Assembly: GCA_038882655.1 (NCBI GenBank)
Contig: JAVZNT010000002.1
Location: forward strand, 32,001-96,000
Direction: 5' to 3'
Length of the DNA: 64,000 bases
Source: Candidatus Bathyarchaeia archaeon
GTDB taxonomy: Archaea > Thermoproteota > Bathyarchaeia > Bathyarchaeales > Bathycorpusculaceae
In this document: positions 19,294 through 29,119 of the stretch, one piece after another
Position numbering within the stretch: position 1 is the stretch's first letter
Layout of the letters: every line of letters begins with the position of its first letter
The notes under the pieces: generated by a model
Databases searched by the model: none
Seen by the model: only the letters and a program-made list of their open reading frames with translations
What the model was told of the DNA's origin: nothing
Made by a program: the position numbers and the translations under genes

Positions 19294-21960
19294 TTGGAGA
19301 AGGGGGTCTTGTTAAAGTTAAAATTGAATCGATTGTTTGCTCTGATTCTAATCTGCTTATTCATTTTGCCTATGTCAACTGTAAGTGTTTTAGATGTCCC
19401 GAGGAATTTGTCTAACACTACAGAGGCTATTATTATTTCGGAAGGCCATTCTATTGGTGTTCCATTTTATTATCAGGTGAAAACCTACTATTGTGGCCCA
19501 GCTGCTTTGCAAATGGTTTTTGACTATTTTGGTGAGAATATTTCCCAGTTTGAGATTGCAGATGTTGCGCGCACAGTGCCTTACGTGACTTATACTGATG
19601 AACTTAGGAGAGCGGCTCATTTTAGCAACATGAGCACTTCTATGGGAAGCGAAATGCCAGAAAACATAACCGGATACACTGCCAGAAAGTTAGGATACGT
19701 TGCTTTTGAAATGTTCGGTATAACGCTGGATGAGTTAAAGGCCCTCATTGATTGGGATTTTCCCGTAATCTTGCTCATGAGGTGGGTTCCAGGGGAACCA
19801 TATGGCCACTATAGAGTTGCTGTGGGCTATAATGCGACGCATATTTTCTTGCATGACCCATGGAATAATGTCCTTTGGGGCGGAGACTACGGCGGTCCGA
19901 ACTTGCCTATGAATTACACCTTCTTTAACGAAATGTGGAACTATTCTGGTCGCTGGGGGTTATTTGTTTCTCCATGGAATGTTAAAATTGAAACGCCAAG
20001 CAACGTTTACGTTGGCCAAACCTTTACGGTTACGGTAACTGTTTCCTATGTTTGTCCTCCTCAAACTCCCATTTACATTTATGACACCTCTTCATGTAAC
20101 GCGACAATAACCTTGCCGGAAGGATTAGTCCTCGCTGATAGTGAATCATTAACTAAAAACTTGGGAGAAATTTACGCTGGCGGTAGGGCTCAAACTTCTT
20201 GGATGGTGAGGGCTGAGCGTCTAGGAAACTATTCGATATCAGTTGAGGCGGAAGGGAAAATTACTGGATTTGTTGGAGGGAAGGCTGATGTTGGCCCAAG
20301 CTACCAATATGAAGATAGGATTGGCGGATACGGCTCAAGCTTTGTAAATGCAGAAGTTGCCTCGCACATATACATCGACTCAATCAAGCCAACTGAAGGT
20401 ACTCCGGGAACAGAAGCCTTCATTTTCGGAGGGGGAGCTACTCCGAATGGAACAGTTGTTGCTCTTCTTAGTGGACCAGAAAACGTAACAGTTATAGTTA
20501 ACATGACTTTAGGATGGACGGTAGCAGACACCGACGGGTTCTGGTCCATACCCTTCATCGTGCCTGATGCGCCCCCAGGAGAATACAAAATTTTTGTTCT
20601 CGATAACTCCACCCAAACAGGCGATGAAACTAAATTTTACGTGCTGCCGCCAACTCCAACCCAAATAAAGATAGAGAGTATTAAACCAGTTGAAGGATAT
20701 CCCAATACTCTGGTTTTCATTGCCGGGCACGGAGCGACCCAAAAGGGCGAAGTGAAAATCTACTTTGACAATTTAAATGTTGCAAACATAATAGCATACG
20801 ACGATGGAGGTTGGTCAACAATCTTCACCGTTCCGAATGTTAGCCCTGGAAACTACACAATTTTAGCATTAGACGTTGCATCAAGCACCTCCGATACTGT
20901 GACGTTTAGAGTGCTGGAAATCATTCAACGAAACGTTGGAGTCAAAGAAGGCGACTGGGCAAAATATAACATAACCTATTATTACTCAACAAATGATCCC
21001 GCAGTGCCAATTTCTCCACCTCCCATCTTCGCTGATATAGATTATTTATTAATAAGAATCATTTCAGTTGTGGGAACCAACGTCACCTATGAGTCTGTTA
21101 TGCACTATAAGAATGGCACTGAACAGAGGAGCACTTCGTGGCTAGATATAACTACAGGCTTAACTTACTATGGAATTACGATGCCCTATGGACCAATTAT
21201 TGCGGCAAACCTTACAGTAGGCGATCAAGTGTATCTCAATGCTTACGCCCCAACAATAAATTCAACAACTATAGCGTTCTACGCAGGTTTGCAAAGGGAG
21301 GTCAATTCTCTCCTATTAAAACCCGAAATCACCATTCCAGGCTATTATTATAAAAATGTTGTGGATTTTGAAATCCACTGGGACAGGATAAGCGGCATAT
21401 TATGCGAACAAAGAGTGAACGCCAGCTACATAAACATTGAAAAAGGTTACGAGACCAGCATGTTTCTCCAAGTAGTTATAACAGAAACAAACATTTGGGC
21501 CAAACCAAGCATTATCAACGTGAAGGTAGGCTTCTGCCCGCACACGTTATGTTTGAAGAGTAGAGGCAGATGGGTAATTTGTATTGTTAGGCTTCCTGAG
21601 GGCTATACCGTGAAAGATGTTGATACGTCAACATTAATGCTAAACGGCACTATCAAGGGCGAAGTCATCAATAAAGCTGAAGGAAGTCGCTATTTAATAG
21701 TTAAATTTGACAGAAAGGCCATCATTGGACTCATTTCTAGGGAGATCGTTTGTGATAAGAAGTTTAGAGAAGCATCGCTAACAATAACTGGCGAATTCAA
21801 AGATGGAACAACATTTTCTGGTACAGCCAACATAAGAATAGTCATGCCGCCAAACAAACACGCCAAAGCTAAAGAATACATCACTTGCCCGCACTTCAAA
21901 AGATTGTACTTAATTTTCTACGGTGTTCCCAATTACTGCAAAATTGATAGCAAAGAATAA
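19294..21960 (+). CDS. Secreted C39-like (papain-fold) peptidase with Ig-like/IPT repeats
   Basis: Signal peptide; Q....YCGPAAL, GHYRVAVGY and HDPW triad motifs; two tandem SIKP.EG..T...GAT..G repeats. Confidence 0.8.
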   Translation: MEKGVLLKLKLNRLFALILICLFILPMSTVSVLDVPRNLSNTTEAIIISEGHSIGVPFYYQVKTYYCGPAALQMVFDYFGENISQFEIADVARTVPYVTYTDELRRAAHFSNMSTSMGSEMPENITGYTARKLGYVAFEMFGITLDELKALIDWDFPVILLMRWVPGEPYGHYRVAVGYNATHIFLHDPWNNVLWGGDYGGPNLPMNYTFFNEMWNYSGRWGLFVSPWNVKIETPSNVYVGQTFTVTVTVSYVCPPQTPIYIYDTSSCNATITLPEGLVLADSESLTKNLGEIYAGGRAQTSWMVRAERLGNYSISVEAEGKITGFVGGKADVGPSYQYEDRIGGYGSSFVNAEVASHIYIDSIKPTEGTPGTEAFIFGGGATPNGTVVALLSGPENVTVIVNMTLGWTVADTDGFWSIPFIVPDAPPGEYKIFVLDNSTQTGDETKFYVLPPTPTQIKIESIKPVEGYPNTLVFIAGHGATQKGEVKIYFDNLNVANIIAYDDGGWSTIFTVPNVSPGNYTILALDVASSTSDTVTFRVLEIIQRNVGVKEGDWAKYNITYYYSTNDPAVPISPPPIFADIDYLLIRIISVVGTNVTYESVMHYKNGTEQRSTSWLDITTGLTYYGITMPYGPIIAANLTVGDQVYLNAYAPTINSTTIAFYAGLQREVNSLLLKPEITIPGYYYKNVVDFEIHWDRISGILCEQRVNASYINIEKGYETSMFLQVVITETNIWAKPSIINVKVGFCPHTLCLKSRGRWVICIVRLPEGYTVKDVDTSTLMLNGTIKGEVINKAEGSRYLIVKFDRKAIIGLISREIVCDKKFREASLTITGEFKDGTTFSGTANIRIVMPPNKHAKAKEYITCPHFKRLYLIFYGVPNYCKIDSKE

Positions 21961-21980
21961 GCATTCAATGGCTTTAAGAG

Positions 21981-22613
21981 TTAATGATTGTTCATGTTTT
22001 TAATTCTGTTTATGAACTCCTCCCTCTCCTTTTCCACTTCTGCTATCCTCTGTTTTAGGAATTCGAGTTCTTCAGAGATTTCTTCAAGCCAGCCTTTTAT
22101 GGCTTTTCTGCTCTCTTCAGTTGTCATTTCTGCGAGGTATTGTGAAACGTCTTGTGGTTTGCGTCTTTCTAGGGTGGCTAGTGGATAGTTAATTTTTGGT
22201 GGTTTTAGGAAGGGAAAAAAGTGTCTTGTGGTTCTTGGTTCCATAAGCTTCCCGCTTAAAGCTGTAGCAACCACGTTTTCGGCTGTTATTGACGGGGTTG
22301 AGTTTCCGATGTATCGGTGTATGCGTCTTCTGCCAATGCGAACTTGTGGATTTTGGAAAATGTTAACTTGTAGAACTGGTATTTGCGTGTAGCCCAAGTT
22401 TTTTAGGGCAAGCCACCGGTGCATTCCGTCAAGTATGACATTTGTCTTTTCATCGGTAACTATTGGGTATTTTAGAACGCCATCCTTTAGAATCTCCTTT
22501 TTCAACATCTCCAAATATAGAGGAGAACCTTTCTCGTGGGGCTTTAAGACGTCAATTGGCAAAAGCTCGATTTTAAACTCTTTTATCTTTTCAGCTTGAG
22601 TTGTGGTTGTCAA
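21981..22613 (-). CDS. ParB/Srx-fold protein, candidate free-serine kinase (SerK/SbnI-like)
   Basis: LKPHE, PIV, ILDGMHR and PRTTRH.FPF motifs. Confidence 0.7.
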   Translation of the reverse strand: MTTTTQAEKIKEFKIELLPIDVLKPHEKGSPLYLEMLKKEILKDGVLKYPIVTDEKTNVILDGMHRWLALKNLGYTQIPVLQVNIFQNPQVRIGRRRIHRYIGNSTPSITAENVVATALSGKLMEPRTTRHFFPFLKPPKINYPLATLERRKPQDVSQYLAEMTTEESRKAIKGWLEEISEELEFLKQRIAEVEKEREEFINRIKNMNNH

Positions 22614-22634
22614 CTATCACCCGCTCTTTAAAGG

Positions 22635-23996
22635 TTATTTAACAATTGTTGGAACCTCGATTTTTTCCGGCTCGTAATCCACGAGTTTTCCGGCCAAGAA
22701 CTGTTCGTAGGCACCCAAATCCAATAGTCCGTGTCCACTGTAGTTCATGGCTATAACCTTTTTCTCACTCGTCTTTCGGCAACGCAGAGCCTCGTCTATT
22801 ACAAATTTTAGGCTGTGGGCAGTTTCTGGTGCTATTATCAAGCCCTCTGCTTGAGCTAGTATATGGGCTGCTTGGAAGACTTCTGTTTGGTGGTAGGCAA
22901 TTGAATGCATGTACCCTTTCTGGATTAGGTAGGATATTGAAGGCGCCATTCCATGGTACCTTAAGCCTCCGGCGTGGATTGGCGGACAAGCATAGCCGTG
23001 TCCTATTGTTAGCATTTTGAGCAGTGGCGTTAATTGGGCTGTGTCTCCAAAGTCGTATGTATAGACACCTTTTGTTGTGTGGGGAACAGCTTTAGACTCG
23101 CAAGCCACAAACTCCGTTTCAGCCTTGCCCTTAAGCTTATCCATCATGAACGGATAGCAGAAACCAGCATAATTAGAGCCTCCGCCTATGCACCCGCAGA
23201 CAACGTCTGGGTACTCTCCAATAATCTCAAACTGTTTTTTTGCTTCCAAGCCTATGATGGTCTGATGCAACAGCACATGGTTTAGAACCGAGCCTAAAGA
23301 ATACCTTGTATCCTCATGTGCAATTGTATCCTCAAGCGCCTCGCTTATGGCAATGCCCAAAGTTCCAGGATGATTTGGGTTCTCCTTCAAGAGTTTTCTG
23401 CCAAAGTTTGTCTGATCGCTTGGCGAAGGAAACATTTCAGCCCCATATAACTGTGCTATAGTTCTTCTGCCTGGCTTCTGCTGGTAGCTGACGCGGACCA
23501 TGTATATGCGGCACTTTAAACCGAAGATTGTGCATGCGAAAGCTAGAGCTGTGCCCCACTGTCCAGCACCAGTCTCTGTCACAAGTCTTTTTATGCCTTG
23601 TTCCTTGTTGTAGTATGCTTGGGCTATGGCAGTGTTCGTCTTGTGGCTTCCAGTAGGGCTGAAATTCTCGCATTTAAAGTAGATTTTCGCCGGTGTTTTG
23701 AGAAACCTTTCAAGCCTCCTAGCTCTATAAAGCGGCGTTGGACGGGGCAGTCGCAAATAGGCGTCTAAAACCTCCTCTGGAATTTTTATGAAACGTTCTG
23801 TGGAAACCTCCTGCCTAATCAGTTCTTTTGCAAATATTCTTTCCAAGAGTTTTGGGTCTATTGGCGTTAGGGTTGTAGGGTCTAATGGTGGCGGAAGCGG
23901 CTCTGGCAAATCTGCTTGAATGTTGTACCATGCTGTGGGTATTTCATCAGCGCTCAGCATCGTGAAGTACTCGCCTTTTTGAACTTTAAGGCTCAT
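22635..23996 (-). CDS. trpB2: Tryptophan synthase beta chain, TrpB2 type
   Basis: WYNI, RPTPL.RA, TGSHKTN, TETGAGQWG, GGGSN, HAGGLRYHG, SGHG. Confidence 0.95.
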   Translation of the reverse strand: MSLKVQKGEYFTMLSADEIPTAWYNIQADLPEPLPPPLDPTTLTPIDPKLLERIFAKELIRQEVSTERFIKIPEEVLDAYLRLPRPTPLYRARRLERFLKTPAKIYFKCENFSPTGSHKTNTAIAQAYYNKEQGIKRLVTETGAGQWGTALAFACTIFGLKCRIYMVRVSYQQKPGRRTIAQLYGAEMFPSPSDQTNFGRKLLKENPNHPGTLGIAISEALEDTIAHEDTRYSLGSVLNHVLLHQTIIGLEAKKQFEIIGEYPDVVCGCIGGGSNYAGFCYPFMMDKLKGKAETEFVACESKAVPHTTKGVYTYDFGDTAQLTPLLKMLTIGHGYACPPIHAGGLRYHGMAPSISYLIQKGYMHSIAYHQTEVFQAAHILAQAEGLIIAPETAHSLKFVIDEALRCRKTSEKKVIAMNYSGHGLLDLGAYEQFLAGKLVDYEPEKIEVPTIVK

Positions 23997-24009
23997 TTTA
24001 CATCTCCTC

Positions 24010-24082
24010 AGTACATTTTAGTACATGTGGGCATATAATAAAACAGTGAACATATTTATACTTTATTGCACAAAAAAGTACA
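24010..24082. promoter_or_regulatory. Two pairs of TRP-box-like hexamers in the divergent trpB2/trpY promoter
   Basis: AGTACA at 24010 and 24020; TGCACA at 24067 and AGTACA at 24077; each pair separated by 4 nt. Confidence 0.65.
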
Positions 24083-24098
24083 TTAGGCAGACGGAAAC

Positions 24099-24602
24099 AT
24101 GTGGAACACGATAAAAAAGCATTTTGAAAATTATCCGGAACGCCTAAAAGTAGCCAGAATCCTCGTAGAAAATGGGTTGAGCGTGAAAAATGGAAAGATA
24201 TATCTTAATGAGATAGAGATTCCACCAACCCGCATAGCAAGAGTGGCGAGTGTAGATAGAAGAACAGTAAACGAGACAATAAACACTATAAGGGCAAACC
24301 GCGAGCTACGCCTAATATTCGAAGGTTTAAGGTCTGCTGGGCATTCCTTAAAGGAAATAGCAAAACACTTGGAGCTCGGTGTGGTGGAAATAACTCCGGT
24401 AGACGCCAGAATACCCGGCATATTAGCAAATTCAGCCATGATACTTGCAAAAAGTGGCTTGAGTATAAGGCAGGCTATTGTTGATGATCCGGAGCTTTCT
24501 CCAGAGCCGAAGCTGACACTTATTGTGGAGAAGAAAGTTCCAGGTGAGCTTATCCCAGAATTCTTAAAGGTTAAGGGCGTTGCCAAAGTCTCTGTCTACT
24601 AG
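24099..24602 (+). CDS. trpY: TrpY-like regulator (HTH + ACT, COG2150)
   Basis: MW..IK..F..YP, VDRRTV HTH, C-terminal ACT (PGILA, IRQAI.DDP); divergent from trpB2. Confidence 0.75.
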   Translation: MWNTIKKHFENYPERLKVARILVENGLSVKNGKIYLNEIEIPPTRIARVASVDRRTVNETINTIRANRELRLIFEGLRSAGHSLKEIAKHLELGVVEITPVDARIPGILANSAMILAKSGLSIRQAIVDDPELSPEPKLTLIVEKKVPGELIPEFLKVKGVAKVSVY

Positions 24603-26388
24603 ACATGAGGGTTTTCAAAGGCTGTTATAATCCACTTTTCTCCACGCTTTTCAATATGCACAGTTACTGTGTGGTCCTCCTGAGTCGCCATCAACTTGTT
24701 CCATTGAGCAGTTGGAAGGTCTTTTGGAGTGGCTTCCACCCACTCGTATGTCGCGTTATCCAGGCGGAGAACAATGTGGGTTGTTCCATCCTCCACATAC
24801 TCGTATTTGCCCTTAACTTTTGCGCTAACCTCTATTTCGGTTATTATGCCGAAAAGTTTTAGAAATTCCTGCCGAGTGGCGCGTACAAGCTGTTCGCTTG
24901 TCATGCCCTCCTCATGCATTTTTATGGCTATTTTGCTTGTTTCCTCCGCATCGACTATGGCAAAACCAGCAAGATAGATGGTTTCCTCCTTTCCACTTAT
25001 GGCTTCCCGCCAGTAAATGGGCACATACCATGCAAGTCTGTAGTTGTCAGGGGATATTTGCACCGGATATAGGAGCGGCATTTCAGCGTCATACATGCCA
25101 GCTGCGGGTTTTGGAAGCCTTCCTTCAACGAGGTCTTCGGCTGTCATGCCTGAGATGTAGTTGGCTTGCTTGAAATCGTAGAAGAATATGCTGTTTCTTG
25201 TGGCTTTGAAAACGCCTGAAAGGGTTCGTCTATTGCCAATAGGGTTCACGCAGATTAAGGCTACGACATCACCTGTTTCTGGGTCTACGATGTAGCGTGT
25301 GTCCTCTGTCATCTCGAAGCGTTCTCGGCTGGGTGGGATAAACCACAGGAAGCCTCCAGCCCAATAATCAAAGCCTGTGCCCCTTTTGAAGTTCCCCATC
25401 TCGTTTATCATTTCTTCAAGCCAGTTCTCATCGTAAACTTGCGTAACCCAGTCTGGGATTTGAAGGAGCGACTCCGCTTGAGGGTAAAGGCTGCCCTCTT
25501 CATCATAAATTAATGGGGTCTCATAACGCCTGATAAGGTCGAAGCCAACATAATAGCGGGTTACGACATACGCTGTTTCGTTTGTTTCGAGATTCCATGT
25601 CACGTAGGCTACACCGTAACGATTTGAAATGTCGTTCATATAAGAGCGGAAGTGAACGTTATGGTCAAACCATAAAGATTCGCCAACCGCAAATTTCCTC
25701 TGCAAAATTTTAGGAGGCGCCAACGGATCTGTGGCGTCTATTACGACAAAGCCCTTCACATAGTTTTCAGCTATAACGTTTGTTGAACCTATAACCGCAA
25801 CCCAGACCAGTTTGCCTTCCGGAGTTTTTGTAATGTGGCATCCTAAAACTTGAGTGTTGCTTCCAAACTCCGACATGTGACGTCGGGCTACTGAAATGGC
25901 AAGCTCCTCAGTGACAAGGCGCACCATGTTGTCCGGAATTTCCCTATCAAAGGGCAGTCCAGAACTCATATGGATAAAGTTGTTAAAGTATGCGGCGTTA
26001 GCCACCCTTTGAACCTGCCAAAAAACAATCATTGAGGATGCTGCAAGCAAGTAAACGAGAAACAAATGCCTAAAAGCCTCGCCCTAGCCTTCAATGAAAT
26101 CTTCCACGGCAAACGCCTATAATGATAATAATAGTTCTTCTCAGCTTCTTCTGGACCAATCGGCTTTATGGAAAAGGCTGACTCCGCAAAGGCGACAAAC
26201 AACCTAAGGAAAACAAGAAGATACACAAATACACTTAATGGAGGCTGGGAAAACTGGATTATAAAGAATAGAAACAAGCCTAATAGAAGCGAAATTATCC
26301 GTCTAGACTTTCTCCAGCTGTCTCTCTGTGGAGGTATTGGAATATACCAAACCACCGCCCAAATTAAAAGGAATATGAATAGGTTCAC
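24599..26388 (-). CDS. Large membrane-anchored hypothetical protein, split by a single-base frameshift near 26065
   Basis: ORFs 26029-26388 and 24599-26065 join into a continuous TM segment (LLGI-LFLVYLLAASS) if one T is added at GGCATTTGTTT on the minus strand. Confidence 0.6.
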
Positions 26389-26546
26389 AGCCTACACCAA
26401 CCTAATTGGTGTATGTGTCTGCTTGAAAGGTTTTGCTATCTTTTGCCCATACGTTCTAAAAGTTCATATTCGCGGCAAAACTCTTAATACCCCATTAAAA
26501 GCCCTAAATGCCAAAGGGGCATTAAACTATTTTGACGGGTGCTAAA

Positions 26547-27683
26547 ATGGAATGTGAAAAGGAAACAAGGACTTTTTTGCAGGGAAGCGAAGCGTGTGTA
26601 GAGGCTGCGCTAACTGCTGGATGCAGATTTTTTGCTGGCTATCCCATTTCGCCAGCTAATGAGATTGCCGAGCACATGGCAGCGCGTCTTCCAAAGGTTG
26701 GCGGCATATTCCTACAAATGGAGGATGAGCTAGCCTCAATAGGGGCTGTTGTCGGCGCAAGCTGGTGTGGTGTTAAGGCAATGACGGCTACTTCTGGACC
26801 GGGCTTCAGCTTAATGCAAGAAACCATAGGCTGGGCTTTCATGACTGAAACGCCATGCGTCATCGTTGACGTTCAGAGGGTTGGACCCGGTACTGGTCAA
26901 GCGACCAAGTGTGCGCAGGGCGATGTTATGCAGGCGCGGTGGGGAACCCATGGCGATTACATGGCTGTTTCGCTTTGCCCCAACTCCGTCCAAGAAGTTT
27001 TTGAACTTAGTATTAGGGCGTTCAACCTTGCAGAAAAATATCGCACACCAGTCACTTTGCTAACAGATGAGACTACAGTGCATCTTAGAGAGCATTTAGT
27101 TATACCACCCTTGGAAAACATAGAGATAGTTAACCGCAAAAAGCCAAAGGCTGGAGAGCAAGTCTTCTTCGGCTTGGAGGATGTCGCACCCATGCCATCC
27201 ATAGAGGAAGGGTTCAATGTAGCTGTTACTGGCTCAACCCACGACGAACGGGGGGTTAGATTTACTGCTGACCCAGTTGTGCATAGGCGGGTGATAGAGG
27301 CGATTAACAACAAGATAAGGAAAAACGTGGATGATATTGTGGAAGTGGAGAGCTACAACATTGAAGACTGCAAGGTGGGCATGGTGGCTTACGGCATTAC
27401 CTCACGCGCAATCTATGAGGCTGTCGAAGAAGCAGAAAAAAGAGGTGTAAAAGTTGGCTATGTCCGCCTAAAAACCCTTTGGCCCTTCCCGGAAAAGCCG
27501 GTGCAGAGGCTTGCGGAAAACGCTGAAAAAATAATTGTGCCGGAAATGAATTTGGGGCAAATAGTCAACGAGATTAAAAGGGTTGCTGGCTGCACAGAGG
27601 TCGTTCCGCTCAACAAGATAGGCGGCGGCGAACTAATCACTCCAGAAGAGATTTTAGAAAAGATTTTGAAGGAGGCGCAATGA
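26547..27683 (+). CDS. korA: 2-oxoacid:ferredoxin oxidoreductase alpha subunit
   Basis: GYPISP, QMEDE, TATSGPG, QRVGPGTG, PEMNLGQ. Confidence 0.9.
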   Translation: MECEKETRTFLQGSEACVEAALTAGCRFFAGYPISPANEIAEHMAARLPKVGGIFLQMEDELASIGAVVGASWCGVKAMTATSGPGFSLMQETIGWAFMTETPCVIVDVQRVGPGTGQATKCAQGDVMQARWGTHGDYMAVSLCPNSVQEVFELSIRAFNLAEKYRTPVTLLTDETTVHLREHLVIPPLENIEIVNRKKPKAGEQVFFGLEDVAPMPSIEEGFNVAVTGSTHDERGVRFTADPVVHRRVIEAINNKIRKNVDDIVEVESYNIEDCKVGMVAYGITSRAIYEAVEEAEKRGVKVGYVRLKTLWPFPEKPVQRLAENAEKIIVPEMNLGQIVNEIKRVAGCTEVVPLNKIGGGELITPEEILEKILKEAQ

Positions 27684-27686
27684 AAG

Positions 27687-28517
27687 ATGGGTGAAAGGAC
27701 ATTCTCGCCTACTAACTACTTGAGACCGGGGTTACGTTTTCCCTTCTGCCCAGGCTGTGGGTTATACACCTTAAGCGACGCCTTTCTAAGAGCCGTTTTT
27801 GAGCTTGGCTACGACGATTTCAGAAAGTTCTGTTTCGTCAGCGGGATTGGCTGCTCTTCATGGATACCTTCGCCATATTATTTGGCGGATTCCATCCACA
27901 CTTTGCATGGGAGAAGCATACCAGTGGCCACAAGCATAAAACTTCTGCGGCCAGAACTTAATGTAGTTGTTTTTGGCGGAGACGGCGACATTGTCGGGAT
28001 TGGTATGGGCCACTTCATACATGCTGCAAGAAGAAACACCGACATTCTCGTTATAATGGGCAACAACATGATTTATGGAATGACCGGCGGCCAAGTAGCC
28101 CCTACAACGCCTTTAAAGACGAGGACAACCACGACACCTTATGGAAGCTTTGAGCACCCATTGGATGCCGCTAGAATTGCGGTTGCGGCTGGAGCCAATT
28201 ATGCGGCAAGGTGGACAACCGCCCACTCCAAAGAGCTTAAAGAATGCTTTAAAAAAGCACTCCGAATGGACGGTTTCAGATTTATCGAAGTTGTCACCCA
28301 ATGCCCAACAGCCTATGGCAGAAGGGCTGGATTCAAGGACATCGGGGAAATGCTGAAGTGGTTTAAAGAGAACGCTGTTCCTGCGGCAGAGGCAGAAAAA
28401 ATGGGCGAAGAAGAGCTTGAAGGTAAAATTGTTGTCGGCGAGTTCATCCATAGAAGAAGGCTGACCCTTGTTGAAAGTGTTTATGCGGTTTTAAAGGAGA
28501 CGCAGCAAGATGCCTAA
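27687..28517 (+). CDS. korB: 2-oxoacid:ferredoxin oxidoreductase beta subunit
   Basis: CPGCG, SGIGCS, GGDGD, NNMIYGMTGGQ, QCPT. Confidence 0.92.
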   Translation: MGERTFSPTNYLRPGLRFPFCPGCGLYTLSDAFLRAVFELGYDDFRKFCFVSGIGCSSWIPSPYYLADSIHTLHGRSIPVATSIKLLRPELNVVVFGGDGDIVGIGMGHFIHAARRNTDILVIMGNNMIYGMTGGQVAPTTPLKTRTTTTPYGSFEHPLDAARIAVAAGANYAARWTTAHSKELKECFKKALRMDGFRFIEVVTQCPTAYGRRAGFKDIGEMLKWFKENAVPAAEAEKMGEEELEGKIVVGEFIHRRRLTLVESVYAVLKETQQDA

Positions 28518-29037
28518 AAGAATTGAAGTTATAATTGGTGGGCATGGCGGTCAAGGTGTTGTTTTAGCTGGGCAAATTTTGGGGAAGGCAGCCGCCTTTG
28601 AAGGGAAGAATGTTGTGCAAACACAAAGTTATGGTGCAGAAGCCCGTGGAAGCCTAGCCAAAAGCGAGGTAATAATATCAGAAAGCCGAATAGGCTTTCC
28701 AGCGGTCCGAAGATGCGATGTGCTTGTAGCTATGAATCAAGAGTCCCTTGAAAAGTACTGGCCCCTCTTGAAGGATGATGGCACATTAATAGTTGACAGC
28801 AGCGTTGAAAAATTCCCGGAAGTGAAAGCCAAAACCTTCAAAGTGCCAGCCGTTGAAACAGCCAGAAAAACTTTTGGAGAAAACCTATTCGCAAACATGG
28901 TTATCCTCGGGGCACTGGTGAAAATAACACAAGTTGTCAGCGTGGAATCCATGGAGATGAGCATAAGGGAAAGTGTTTCAGAGAAAACTTTAGAGACGAA
29001 TTTAAACGCTTTTAAGAAAGGCTTGCAGCTCGTCTAG
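28510..29037 (+). CDS. korC: 2-oxoacid:ferredoxin oxidoreductase gamma subunit
   Basis: GHGGQGV, SYGAEARG, NMVILGA. Confidence 0.9.
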   Translation: MPKRIEVIIGGHGGQGVVLAGQILGKAAAFEGKNVVQTQSYGAEARGSLAKSEVIISESRIGFPAVRRCDVLVAMNQESLEKYWPLLKDDGTLIVDSSVEKFPEVKAKTFKVPAVETARKTFGENLFANMVILGALVKITQVVSVESMEMSIRESVSEKTLETNLNAFKKGLQLV

Positions 29038-29119
29038 TGCCATTGGAGAGTTTGCCAAACCTTCAAACAAGTTTTATATGCCTTCAGCCGTTTAGGTTAG
29101 GTTTAAAAGGTGAAATGTC

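Noticed and set aside
26040-26110. Membrane-protein frameshift as an intron
   Set aside because: Explained by one missing T; no BHB pairing found by eye
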